This document shows, piece by piece, positions 30,177 to 42,584 of a stretch of DNA of 64,000 nt. The position numbers and the translations under genes were made by a program. Origin of the DNA: Antedon mediterranea (lineage: Eukaryota; Animalia; Echinodermata); assembly GCF_964355755.1 (NCBI RefSeq), contig NC_092671.1:40186304-40250303 (forward strand). Direction: 5' to 3'. The notes below the pieces were generated by a model. It searched no databases. It worked only from the letters and a program-made list of their open reading frames with translations, and was not told where the DNA came from. Within the stretch, counting starts at the first letter, position 1; each line of letters starts with the position of its first letter.

Positions 30177-33100
30177 CTATTGAGAAAAATATATTGAATT
30201 ATGTGAGGGTGTGTGGCGCAATTTGTTGGACGTTGGATTACTGATCGAATCCAACTCTCGCCGCATTGCTTAAATCCTTAGGCAAGATACTTTACTTACA
30301 TTCGTCTCTCTCAACCCAGGTGTATAAAATGGGTACAACTTTGAGCTGCATTATTATGGGAATATGTGTGTAGTTTATTAATAATTTTACCTCTAATTCT
30401 CGCATGACTTCATCCATAAAATCTGTTGAGTTATTTTTGTATTCAACTGCTTGTTTTATGGCCTCTCTAAATAACTAAAAAATAAATATTTTCAGTTAGT
30501 AAATTAATATAGATGTTTTCTACATTCTGTATATTGTTAAAAGTAGTACTGAACAGAGTAATGGTGACTGACTTAGCTTAACACTAGTACAGATTAGATT
30601 TAGAACTTAACCCAGTGTGTGTCTGTTAACAAGAAGGCTTCATTGCAAGTACAAACCCTTTTGAATGTATTATATATATAATAAATACTCCACTCCCTCC
30701 CAACCACCTTAACCACAATAACAAACTCACTTCCCTTTTTAGATGCCATCTATATTAAAATCAATTTTTATTTGTACCAAAAATATTTTCAATATTGTTT
30801 AATAAAATAATGTATTGTACTATGAAATGTAATAACAAAACCTTATTGTTACGTTGATTTTTTATGAAACAAATTATAATGTTTCCATGGCAATATTATT
30901 AGCTTTTTATTAAACATTGCTCTACTCAACCAATTTAAAATAAGGTATTCAAACGATATTGCAACATTTTTTCAAATCTATATTTATTAAATTGATGCCG
31001 ACTTTAAATGATATTTTTGTAATGTATGTACCATAAAAAATACAATAACCTTAATAATTGAGGTGTATGTATTACTAATCATTGTATAAGGTACACTATG
31101 CCAATTATAGGTTTATGTATGATACATGTAGCAGATAATGTATTTGATAAAGATAGATATTCTTTAGCTAATCAAGTATTGAAGACTAGGAACCTTCAAA
31201 TTTCAATGTTCTTAGTATATTTTCATTTTATTTTATCTGTATTAAAGGGATATCATTTGTACATTTTAATATTCATTATAAAAGGTACACAGTATTCCAT
31301 ACATCCATACAGGTGGGATATCAAAATGACCAGAATTACCCTGTAAATATTTTAATTTGAAAACCGCTCTGAGATGCGTATCTTCCCTAATAAAGGAATA
31401 TATACTAATAATACTAGGGTTTTTACATCCAGGTTCTTAGTAGCAGACGGTTTCTTATAATTAATAATTTCCCTAGAAATGTTTTACACAAACCAAAAGT
31501 GGTGTCAAGATGTTTCCACTTGAGGTCAGGGTTCATGGAATGTACCATTATCTGACAGGGGTGTTTCATAAATTGTTTATATATTCGAGTTGTATAGCTC
31601 TCTTCTCCGGGAGAATAGGCAATAGACTTTGTATTTTACCCCTTGGTGTCGTACTTGTTATATTTTTTTAACCCATTTGATTATATTTGATTAATGGTTA
31701 TATACGTGACAAGGAAGACAGTTTTCAGAGTGCTTGACGGAATAAAATAATTGAATTGCAATCAAGGGTTTATCTTCCATCTTTAAATAAAGATGAAGAA
31801 GTATTTACTGTGTGATATAATGTATGCATAGCAGTACTTACTTTAACTACGTTTTACTGTGTGATATAATGTACACATAGCAGTACTTACTTTAACTATG
31901 TTTTACTGTGTGATATAATGTACACGTAGCAGTACTTACTTTAACTATGTTTTACTGTGTGATATAATGTACACATAGCAGTACTTACTTTAACTATGTT
32001 TTACTGTGTGATATAATGTACACATAGCAGTACTTACTTTAACTATGTTTTACTGTGTGATATAATGTACACATAGCAGTACTTACTTTAACTATGTTTT
32101 ACTGTGTGATATAATGCACACATAGCAGAACTTACTTTAACTACGTTTTACTGTGTGATATAATGTACACGTAGCAGTACTTACTTTAACATGTTTTACT
32201 GTGTGATATAATGTACACGTAGCAGTACTTACTTTAACATGTTTTACTGTGTGATATAATGTACACATAGCAGTACTTACTTTAACTACATTCGTTCCAT
32301 CTGACGCCGATACGAAGTAGAATGGTAAATTAAATTTCTTTGGAAAATTAAAGGCTTTCTGTGTTACTTTATAATCAACTGTGAAAAAATTGCAAATTTA
32401 TAAAATTGTTGGTATCGATTATAACATATTTTTTAACAAAGGTAATACAATTTAAAAGAATATATGAATATAAAGTAGATGTTTAAAAATGAACACACAT
32501 TTACATTAGAAAGATACACAAACAAGATGATACTCTAATACATTAGTATTTAAGGAGTGCACTCATAATGGATTTAATATGTTGATGACAAGTAAAACAA
32601 TTATAAAAATATCAGCAATAATTTGTTAAGTACGGCTGATGACAACCTTGTTTAAATGATATTGCCATGGTTACTAACCATTAGTACAATTCACATTAAG
32701 TGGGATTACATCTAACATTATAATTTTGTGTCAACATTACTGTTAATATGTCAAATGTATTCAATCTTATTAGTACTTGGTTGTATATTTAACCAACTTA
32801 CCATCCATCTTATTAGCTGCACATAAACATGGTATACTTGGTCTGTATTCAATCTCATTGGTACTTGGTTGTATATTTAACCAACTTACCATCTATCTTA
32901 TTAGCTGCACATAAACATGGTATATTTGGTCTGTATTCAATCTCATTGGTACTTGGTTGTATATTTAACCAACTTACCATCTATCTTATTAGCTGCACAT
33001 AAACATGGTATATTTGGTCTGTATTCAATCTCATTAGTACTTGGTTGTATATTTAACCAACTTACCATCTATCTTATTAGCTGCACATAAACATGGTATA

Positions 33101-36100
33101 TTTGGTCTGTATTCAATCTCATTGGTACTTGGTTGTATATTTAACCAACTTACCATCTATCTTATTAGCTGCACATAAACATGGTATATTTGGTCTGTAT
33201 TCAATCTCATTGGTACTTGGTTGTATATTTAACCAACTTACCATCTATCTTATTAGCTGCACATAAACATGGTATATTTGGTCTGTATTCAATCTCATTG
33301 GTACTTGGTAGTATATTTAACCAACTTACCATCTATCTTATTAGCTGCACATAAACATGGTATATTTGGTCTGTATTCAATCTCATTGGTACTTGGTTGT
33401 ATATTTAACCAACTTACCATCTATCTTATTAGCTGCACATAAACATGGTATATTTGGTCTGTATTCAATCTCATTGGTACTTGGTTGTATATTTAACCAA
33501 CTTACCATCTATCTTATTAGCTGCACATAAACATGGTATATTTGGTCTGTATTCAATCTCATTGGTACTTGGTTGTATATTTAACCAACTTACCATCTAT
33601 CTTATTAGCTGCACATAAACATGGTATATTTGGTCTGTATTCAATCTCATTGGTACTTGGTTGTATATTTAACCAACTTACCATCTATCTTATTAGCTGC
33701 ACATAAACATGGTATACTTGGTCTGTATTCAATCTCATTAGTACTTGGTTGTATATTTAACCAACTTACCATCTATCTTATTAGCTGCACATAAACATGG
33801 TATATTTGGTCTGTATTCTCTTAGTTCTTTGTACCACGTTGGTAGGTTTTTATAAGTCACTTTTCTAGTAACATCAAATACCTGTGAAAAGAAACAGTGA
33901 AAAACTATATATTTAAAAACGAATGAAATCACTATTGTTATCAAATATGTGCTAAAGTATTTTGGTTAAATTAAGTAAGGCCTAAATTACAAGTACCTAT
34001 GTTAGCTAACAAATTTATTATTTTTAAAGGAAATAAGTAAATAATAAAATACACAAATTACAAATGTCATACTGTAGTTGTACATTATACTGTGTCTTAA
34101 CATATAAGAGAATTCAAACTTAGTTTGATGTCTGAAATTATAGATTTTGATAAATATAGAGCTGCTGCAGTTAATCATAAGGGACAGTGGCTAGTTAGTG
34201 TCCGACACAGTCTTGTACTAGACGCATTGTGAAATATCTATCCTGGATTATTGATTGAAAGCAAAGAATCAATAGACAGCTCTTCTGTAAATTACCATCA
34301 AGACAGACAATTGTACATTTAAAATTACTTCACTCTATCAATACTAATTAACATATATTATAAGATGTGGTTATTATTATATTTTTCAGGGAAAATTTTC
34401 GTTTTAAAATTTTGGTAATCAAACTCATTTTTGAGTCAAGAGACATAATTTTGTATTGTATTTTTGCTACACAATTTTAGAAATGTGTAGCAATAAGGTT
34501 GTCTTGTATAGCTTTTTTGCTATGCAACACTGGCAAAATTATTCCCTGTATTTCATTAAAAGTGGCCATATACAAAATGTAAGAATGGGAAATGTACGCA
34601 CAATTTCTAGTACTCATAGATGGAGAATGAATACTTTCAAATTACTGTAGAAAGATTTGGAAATCTTTCCACATGCATTCTTATTTTCAGCCCAGAAATG
34701 AAAATACTTTGCTATTGTTATTGTTTTAATAAGCAAATGCTTTATCTATATATAAATTTACGTAAGGGCAAAATTCGATAAATCGCGCCTTACTTCTAGA
34801 ATTTTTACTCGATGGTATATAAAGTTGGTTCGTACTTTCGGTACTGATTTTAACCACCTGATGTAACCCTCTTTACTAATTAAATTGAGTTAGATAATTA
34901 GTTATTGACGATTAAAACGAATTTAGGTTCAACGATTTGCCCCAAATAGGGGTGTTTTCCCGACCGTGGTATACACTGTCTAATGGATGTCCATCTTGAA
35001 AAATACCCGGCACAAAAATGCGAGGAGGCTTCGCATTTTCCTATCTCCTCCTACGATAATTGTTTTTAATAGCTGAAAACCGGTTGAACAACTAGAGTAC
35101 ACCATCATAATGTTGAAGACAGGCCGATTTTCTTTAAAAAATACTATTTTGATAGATTTAATATACGATTATACAAATGTATTGATTTGCGAGGAATGGA
35201 ACATTCCAATCTCTGTTCCACAAGTGTCTATTCCCTCAGGCGTCGTAAAGGCAAGTACTGTATACTCATAACAGAAATTCGATCCATTTTTTTTTCAATC
35301 TGTGCTGCAGAGGTTGGATATACATTTTTTTTAAACGGATAAAGAGCTAGCGTTTTCACTCGCCGTATATTATGTATAAATCTTTATTATTGCAGTTAAA
35401 CCACCCACATCATCACCCTTCCCTCACTGGCATGAGTAGTGTTGTAAAACCAGTAGAGGATAGGCCTACGGTACATCACATGCCCTAAACGCAGAACAAC
35501 TTTGGTGGGTAGGGTAGGAACCAACTTAAGTATGAATTGGCTCTAGGAAACAATTGAAAACCATTAGGCCTACTAATTAAGTTGAGTTAGATAATTTAAT
35601 AATTATTGACGATTAAATCGAATTTATGATTTTCCCCGAATAGGTGGTTTTCACAAATTGTTTTACATTATATAAACATATACACGTCGTAGTGATGTAT
35701 CGTTACATGTAGGGGCTACTGTACTATTTCAATCGACTAGGACGGTGATGTTTCAACAAAGTATTACATCGCAATGTTTTACTGTGTTTAGTGGTATATT
35801 ATTTGTAAAACATGAAAACAATAATAATAATAATAATAATAACTGGTACTTGATATAGCGCATTATGCTGAAAGCCTCAATGCGCTTTACAAAGACAGAA
35901 CAATTTAGAAATTTACAAATTAAAAAGTGGGTTTTGAGGAGAGATTTGAAGACACTGGTGGAAGTAGCCTGACGGATTTTAATAAGCAACGCATTCCATA
36001 GAGAAACGGATGCCGAAGAAAATGAACGATTTCCATAAAACTTAGTGGAAGGATGAAATATATGGGCAAGAAGAGAATCAGATCTAGATCTCAGAGACCG

Positions 36101-39100
36101 CTTAGGAACATAAGGTTGAATAAGTTCAATTAATATTTCGTTACTAAATGGATAAAGAATAATATTTAAAAATTGTTCCTCTTTGCACCCCATCCTCTTC
36201 CCCGTACCTCAACCCTAATGTTACATACAAAACACAAATCAAGTTTGTTTAAATTTGACTTAAACAATTGGTCTCATTTTGTGACAAGTTTCTCTTTCGG
36301 AAGTAATTCCCATGGTGCTAATTTTAGTTGAGTACATAAATTACAGTGTCTATGTATTCGTTCCTGTAGGCTGTAAACGACATGCATTATTGTCCTGCGG
36401 TACGTACATTTGAAATCGCCAGTTTTTTAACGCTGAAATTATTATGTATTCGAGAACCATCTGTGGGCACGACCTAGATGGTACGCGAGCGAAGCGAGCG
36501 TACCATCTAGTTATAATAATTGGTAGTCAATTATTAATAACCAAATATTATATCTCTTTATTCTATATACAATAGATGAGAATTGAGTGACAGCAAATGA
36601 GTCTCAACGACTAAATGTAGCACACACTCTAATTACAGCAGCACAAGAATTGAGTGACAGCAAATGAGTCTCAACGACTAAATGTAGCACACGCTCTAAT
36701 TACAGCAGCACAAGAATTGAGTGACAGCAAATGAGTCTCAACGACTAAATGTAGCACACGCTCTAATTACAGCAGCACAAGAATTGAGTGACAGCAAATG
36801 AGTCTCAACGACTAAATGTAGCACACGCTCTAATTACAGCAGCACAAGAATTGAGTGACAGCAAATGAGTCTCAACGACTAAATGTAGCACACGCTCTAA
36901 TTACAGCAGCACAAGAATTGAGTGACAGCAAATGAGTCTCGATGACTAAATGTAGCACACGCTCTAATTACAGCAGCACAAGAATTGAGTGACAGCAAAT
37001 GAGTCTCAACGACTAAATGTAGCACACGCTCTAATTACAGCAGCACAAGAATTGAGTGACAGCAAATGAGTCTCAACGACTAAATGTAGCACACGCTCTA
37101 ATTACAGCAGCACAAGAACTTGCCACATAATATGAATGACACACACTCTATTGAATCGTTCATTTATATAGTATACACAATATTACTCTAAAGCAATTGT
37201 GGGAATGTAAACAACATCATTCATCATGCACTGAGGAAATGTATTGTATTAAGAGCAATTACTTAGAATGATCTTTGGACGTAGTTTAAGTAGCAATAAA
37301 CCTTTCACATACAGCAGAATTAATGGCAGAATTAATGGCAAAGTTGCACACTCATAATATAAACCCTGTTGTTCTTGTATTCAAATAAGAGTAATGTAGA
37401 CTTTTTTTTCCGCCATTAACAGATCTATTTTATTTTGATCAAGATATAAATTACATTTAATAGTGTTTGTTATTTGTTTAGCTTTATACTTGATTTTCTT
37501 TAGTGTCTATGTGTTATTAATCTGTCCTTCCTACACACTGCTATTTTAACATTACATTATTATAATTATCTTTTAACATTACAGATGTTCTTATTATAAT
37601 TTGTTCTTCTTCAATACATTATCATATTCCCTAATGAATGTTGCTTTCATTTATTGAATTCAATTTAATTTTACATTTTAATTATTTAGTTATTATTACT
37701 AAAACTATTACTACATGTATTGCAAAAAATATATACTTTGGTAAAATTAATATATTATTATTATTATTATTATTATTATAATAGTCTTATGCTTGTTCCT
37801 ACTTCCTAATTTAAAGCTTTGTCTACATGGACATGATGATGTTATATCACTACCATATTTAAGCATAGCACTACCATACTGTATATAGGCACATCAAACT
37901 TTTTTGACACATAAAGTTTGATAGTGTAGACAAGGCCTAAGATAAATTCAGACAGATTTGAAAAGGTAAATTCCATTGCTATTGCAATCAAGTATTCGGC
38001 AACGTTCATATCTAGCCCCATGGGACTATAATCTGTTCATATTTACATATTAATATGTTATATCATATAGTACAGTAATTATTTTCAATTTCAGAATGAC
38101 AATATCAACTTCAATTATCAATATTTGATTGACGGCAATATTGATCTGTATTTTTGTTGGAACAAATTAGTTCTTTGTTGACAATTTGTTCACCTTATCA
38201 TTGAGTAGTCTGAAGGTGTCAAGTAATGTTTACAGTTAATTAATTTACATTATTATTTCTATCAAAAAAGAATATAAATTTCACATATAACTTAAAAATG
38301 CCTGGATTTATGTGTGTGTACAATTGAAGCACTAAAAACGATGTTAAATAAATTGAACAAACTGAGAATATGCCTCGATTTAGTCCTAGTGATGTATACA
38401 ATATATTATGAAAACTGAGATACTGAATAAGTGCTATCAATATCTAGTCTCATGCTTTATTTATCAAGTTACGGGGAAACATAGAATCTTATTGAAAACT
38501 TACAAGAATACAGGAATGTGCTTGGTGATAATATGAAGGATGCATCTTACTAAACCGTTCTTGCCCTGCTGTGTCCCAGAAATCTAAAATTGGCAAATAA
38601 GAATATTACTACATTATAAGGATAAGGACTAAAGAACCTAGTACATCTTACATTAAATAACTGAACTGTCTCTGATCAATCATGTTTTTTAATATTGTAA
38701 TTCTATTGTGAAATCGATTGTCGTTTTATACATAAATTTGATGTGATTTTTATATGTAATATTGTAATTGTATTGTAAAAAATGCAGCAATTCAGCCTTT
38801 GACTGCAAATGTATTTTTCTTTAAAAAAAAATAAAGATACCATGATATTCATTGCATTACTCACCTACAGTAACTTCTTTTCCATTAATTTTAGTATTAT
38901 AAGTAAAAAGTGTAAGAGCAAAGGTTGATAGCTGTTGAGGTTGACTGTAAACACATTAAGGATTTCAATATACATTGATGAGATTATTAAATATCATTCC
39001 ATTGTATACAAAGTACACTGTAGATTATTATTATCTAAAATATGTATAACTAAAAATGAGATTATCCACTGTACTGTTATTATTTCAACTATGATAATAA

Positions 39101-40658
39101 TAATAATAATATTTATTCGGTAATCAATGTAAAAATAACCAGGAATGAGAATAGGCTAAAGCCCAAACAGATTCTGCACTCACTCCATACAATACAATCA
39201 GTTAAAGATAAAACCATATACAAGAAAAATACAAATAAATTATACATAACATGAAATATAGTGTTTCGTTAGAGCAGCCTTAAATATTGAAATTGTTTGT
39301 GAATCTTTTATGTCATTTGGTATTTGCTCCCATAGTCTAGGAAAGGAAACAAATACAGAATTATGAAAAGTATTGCCTTTCGAATTCCAACGTAAAAGCC
39401 TACCCGGACATCTTTCACTAGTTTTAATATACTCATTGAAAGAATGGGGACAGTAACCTTTCAACACCTCAAATCCTAATGAAAGTCTATGTAATTTAAA
39501 CAAGTCATCAATAGATAATAATTCAAGCACTTTCAACCTATGAAAATAAGATGTGTCCCAGGAACCTTCCTTTCTAAACATTATTATCCTTGTTGCTTTC
39601 CTTTGTATACTTTCTATTCTATTAATATTTGATTTCTCATGATGATGATGATAATAATGATTGATCTGGAACTTACAATTTTATTGCAATTTTTATATAT
39701 TTATAGTAGTTTTATAATTGAAACTTTATGATATGTATTTTTGTACTGTGTGAATTGTATTGCTGAGGGCTTCAATGATCAGCTGTGATGGATGGGCTAC
39801 CCTCATGAAACATGGTTTAATAAAAACAATACATCAGACTCATCATAATTAAGCTCTGTCTACACTATCAAATTAATTTGACAAAAAAAAGTGTAATGTG
39901 CCCAAATATGGAAGTGATATGACATCATCATGTCCATATATGGGCACACCACATTTTTTTGTCACATAAAATTTGATAGTGTAGACAAGGCTTTTAGAGT
40001 AATTGTCATGACTATATTTACATACTGTACTGTATTTCTATAAAAACCAGCAGTACACTAGTTTCATTTTTATAATTAGTTAACATTATATAATTAATAA
40101 AAGGATACTATCCATCCATTAGAAAACGCTCCACTAACCTGAAAAAAAATTATATGTTTAAAAAAAAATAGCTGACACTATTTTTAGGTTAATACAAATA
40201 CAAATGGTAGATTCTCTCAATTTACTCTTGAAAATTTGTCTTTTTTTTGTTTATAATATTAATATAGGAGAATACGGTTGGTTGAGTCTGGACAGCAAAT
40301 TTATATTTTAGGCTTTATCAATTCAACAAAAGCATGAACTAATCCGTATCTATGGACGCCGCCACGGTTTGACAGAGATCGTGTCATCTGACAGAAATAT
40401 TGTAGGCCTACACAACACTGTCGTACGTCGTACGAGACTCTATCGTCCCCTATCAACTCAGACAGTCGGGCTTAGATTTTGTAGACAACCTGAGCTACTA
40501 TTTACCTATTTATGAGCAAAACAGAAGTTTGTGTTCAACACTTACTTTGATTTTCCAACAGCAGAATCGCCAAGACAAATGATCTTAACGGAATTCTCCC
40601 TAGATTTTGCATCTTTTTCCGGAATAGCGGAACTCAGGCCTGTGTTGTTTTCCGCCAT
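30060..40658 (-). CDS. RABL2: Rab-like protein 2 (ciliary small GTPase), complete 8-exon gene, 237 aa
   Basis: Exons 40658-40546, 40138-40109, 38944-38865, 38583-38504, 33881-33770, 32378-32281, 30474-30391, 30176-30060 total 714 nt in frame. Motifs VKIICLGDSAVGKSKLVERFLMDG, DFWDTAGQERF, ANKID, YFVSASDGTNVVKLF. Confidence 0.96.
30207..30337 (+). mobile_element. tRNA-derived CORE-type SINE remnant
   Basis: A-box-like GTGGCGCAA, degenerate B box TCGAATCC, and CCTTAGGCAAGATACTTTAC...CCCAGGTGTATAAAATGGG resembling the CORE domain. Confidence 0.6.
30391..30474 (-). CDS. RABL2: RABL2 exon 7
   Basis: LFREAIKQAVEYKNNSTDFMDEVMRELE. Confidence 0.92.
31535..31620 (+). repeat. Dispersed repeat, also at 63817-63900
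   Basis: About 85 bp near-identical: ACCATTATCTGACAGGGGTGTTTCATAAAT...GAGAATAGGC. Confidence 0.75.
31804..32289 (-). repeat. 49-bp tandem array, about 10 copies, containing the RABL2 exon-6 donor
   Basis: Unit on the minus strand: TAGTTAAA|GTAAGTACTGCTATGTGTACATTATATCACACAGTAAAACA. Confidence 0.95.
32281..32378 (-). CDS. RABL2: RABL2 exon 6 (G5 box)
   Basis: DYKVTQKAFNFPKKFNLPFYFVSASDGTNVVK. Confidence 0.95.
32755..33818 (-). repeat. 88-bp tandem array, 12 copies, containing the 3' part of RABL2 exon 5 and its donor
   Basis: Unit on the minus strand: GAATACAGACCAAAT...AATAAGATAGATG|GTAAGTTGG...; period 88 (32881, 33321, 33761). Confidence 0.95.
33770..33881 (-). CDS. RABL2: RABL2 exon 5 (G4 box)
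   Basis: VFDVTRKVTYKNLPTWYKELREYRPNIPCLCAANKID. Confidence 0.95.
34745..36510 (+). mobile_element. Probable non-autonomous Helitron
   Basis: A|TCTATATATAAA 5' end; 3' GC-rich hairpin ending CTAG|T; internal ~60-bp direct repeat at about 34874 and 35571. Confidence 0.6.
35820..36135 (-). mobile_element. LINE (CR1/L2 group) 3' fragment
   Basis: ORF2 C-terminus YVPKRSLRS..GNRSFS..LWNAL..FKSLLKTH followed by a (TTA)n tail. Confidence 0.8.
36579..37118. repeat. 67-bp minisatellite, 8 copies
   Basis: AGAATTGAGTGACAGCAAATGAGTCTCAACGAC... period 67. Confidence 0.95.
37812..37937. mobile_element. MITE family A, internally deleted copy
   Basis: AAAGCTTTGTCTACA ... AGTTTGATAGTGTAGACAAGGC. Confidence 0.65.
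38504..38583 (-). CDS. RABL2: RABL2 exon 4 (G3 box)
   Basis: DFWDTAGQERFSKMHPSYYHQAHSCIL. Confidence 0.95.
38865..38944 (-). CDS. RABL2: RABL2 exon 3
   Basis: QPQQLSTFALTLFTYNTKINGKEVTV. Confidence 0.93.
39095..39640 (-). mobile_element. CR1-group LINE 3' fragment inside the U12 intron
   Basis: IESIQRKATRII..LKVLELLSI..PRLWEQIP..FKAAL, then a 3' UTR and a (TAT)n tail. Confidence 0.8.
39850..39993. mobile_element. MITE family A copy
   Basis: AAGCTCTGTCTACACTATCAAA ... TTTGATAGTGTAGACAAGGCTT. Confidence 0.8.
40109..40138 (-). CDS. RABL2: RABL2 exon 2 (30 nt)
   Basis: LVERFLMDG(Y); followed by the U12-type donor GTATCCTTT. Confidence 0.92.
40546..40658 (-). CDS. RABL2: RABL2 exon 1 (P-loop)
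   Basis: MAENNTGL...VKIICLGDSAVGKSK, donor gtaagt. Confidence 0.93.
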
Positions 40659-41050
40659 GATTTTACCGCAAAACTATGCGAGTGCGTTTTCCCGTAGTAA
40701 TTGGTGGCGCACTTTATATATTGCTCTTGTATATGACACGTAGTTCACGCAAAAATCTCGGGTCCATAGTAAGTAAAAAAACATTTTTGACTAATATAAG
40801 ACGTTGGCTATAATCGAAAAAAAAAACCATTTTCACTTGAATCATAGAGATACTATTTTATTTTTTTTTCAATCTTTCTACATAGCAAAAAAAACAAACA
40901 TATAAGCATAACAGGGGAGTAGCGGAAAAGCAAAAATATAAAACCGTCATCTTGTGATGTGCTTGACCAGCCCCTGTCAACTTGAACGATACAATAAAAC
41001 TGACATTTAACAAATTTAGAAAATTACATAGAAAATATGGTATAATACAA

Positions 41051-41228
41051 TCTGATTGTGTAAAAGTTAAAAATTCTGATTGTATAAAAGTTAAAAATTC
41101 TGATTGTATAAAAGTTAAAAATTATGATTGTATAAAAGTTACAAATTCTGATTGTATAAAAGTTACAAATTCTGATTGTATACAAGTTAAAAATTCTGAT
41201 TGTATAAAAGTTAAAAAGTTAAAAATTC
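41051..41228. repeat. 24-bp minisatellite, about 7 copies
   Basis: TCTGATTGTATAAAAGTTAAAAAT units. Confidence 0.9.
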
Positions 41229-42242
41229 AAAGTAGGTAAAATCATGTTAATAAAAATATGAAAAGTTAAAAATCTATAAAATGTTGCTCTAAACTGTGTT
41301 TAAACTTAAAAAACGACTATAATATCTCTATGCTTGAATTAAGTCTACACATCAGACCATTATATAGATTTTATTTAAAATTTATAAAAAGGATTTCTAT
41401 ATATTCATACATGACAATGAGGTACATATTAGGCTAATGGTCTTCCGATTAAAAATTAATCTGATAATTTTGTCACGATGTGAGACATTATATTTTCGTG
41501 TCTGTGTACTGAAAGCATGAATAACCCATATATCTTGTTTAATTTACAGAGAACCGTTACGCTGGATAGATATTACTGAAATTGTATGAAAATACAAAAC
41601 TTTGATATGTATATTGACTAGGCCCTCTCGGTCTTGAGATAAATACAGAGAACAATAAATGACAAAACATCATACATCATATTTATAACGTTGTGTTTGA
41701 TTTACCTTTACCTTGATTTACCTTGATCTTGGACATCTAAAGCAATGCTTGTGTGTCCCTCCGGTATATTCTATTTCATTATAATATTGCAACAAAACAC
41801 GTTAGTTATTTTCGCGCAACATATCATGATTTAATTCATTTAGTTTTGGGCTGCTCCCGCTCAGTTACCGCTCTCAATAATGAGTTTCCGAAATAATTCG
41901 ATTAATTCAGTATGCATGTAAAATAACAGCTGAGAATAATAATAGATTCGCATGGCGTATTTCACCTGGAAGTATGCAAATGAGAATGGCACGTGGTTTT
42001 GCTCTTGACCGTTTGGCGTTTCTTTCAATATAACAGGCGACATGATGGATTGCAGCGTCTCACTGATAAGTGTGTAAGCAAGTTTTTATATTTTAAATAA
42101 TCTCTATAGGCCTACTAGGAAACATAGTTATACGACCTGGTCCTCCGTGTTAAACAGGCCTATATATTTAAGCACCACTGGCACAGAACACATTCTAAAC
42201 TGCCCGGTGATATACTGAAAATGTATTAATTTGAAACGATAA

Positions 42243-42584
42243 GATGAGGAATGGAATGCCCTGCCCATAATAATAAAACAAAGCAATTCTATTGAACATT
42301 TTAAAGTTAAGGAATATCTTAGGATTAGAGCCCGTGAACAAAGTAATATTTTATATGTGCCAATATTAAGTATGTTTTATGTATTGTAATAATTTTTTTT
42401 GTCTTTTCTAAATTTGTTATTGAGGACCCCCCATTGGAAATAGCTGTCCCCCATCGGGACTTTCATGGGCTATCCTGCATCTCTGTATCTGTCTTCTCTT
42501 TTAAACATTTTTGAATTGTGTATAATCTTTCTATTTCATAAACTGTGTATGTATTTTTAATGAGATGCAAATAAATCAAATCAA
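42243..42584 (+). mobile_element. LINE 3' end remnant
   Basis: EEWNALP..IKQSNSIEHFK, 3' UTR, AATAAATCAAATCAA tail. Confidence 0.55.

Larger units (their letters stand above)
38945..40108 (-). other. U12-type (minor spliceosome) GT-AG intron, RABL2 intron 2
   Basis: 5' site GTATCCTTTT; branch site TCCTTAAT 10 nt before the exon; no polypyrimidine tract. Confidence 0.92.

Noticed and set aside
30207-30270. tRNA gene
   Set aside because: No complete cloverleaf; continues into a SINE core sequence
32755-33769. Each 88-bp unit as a consecutively spliced exon
   Set aside because: Would need introns of about 47 nt with no pyrimidine tract, and the resulting exons would shift the frame
40270-40352. 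Pre-miRNA-like hairpin in RABL2 intron 1
   Set aside because: Only about 13 imperfect base pairs at the ends; the interior does not pair well
40686-40705. RFX X-box upstream of ciliary RABL2
   Set aside because: Three mismatches to consensus; better matches (about 30882 and 32661) are deep intronic and could be chance
40982-41239. 85-aa ORF with SDCIKVKN repeats
   Set aside because: Translation of a 24-bp minisatellite
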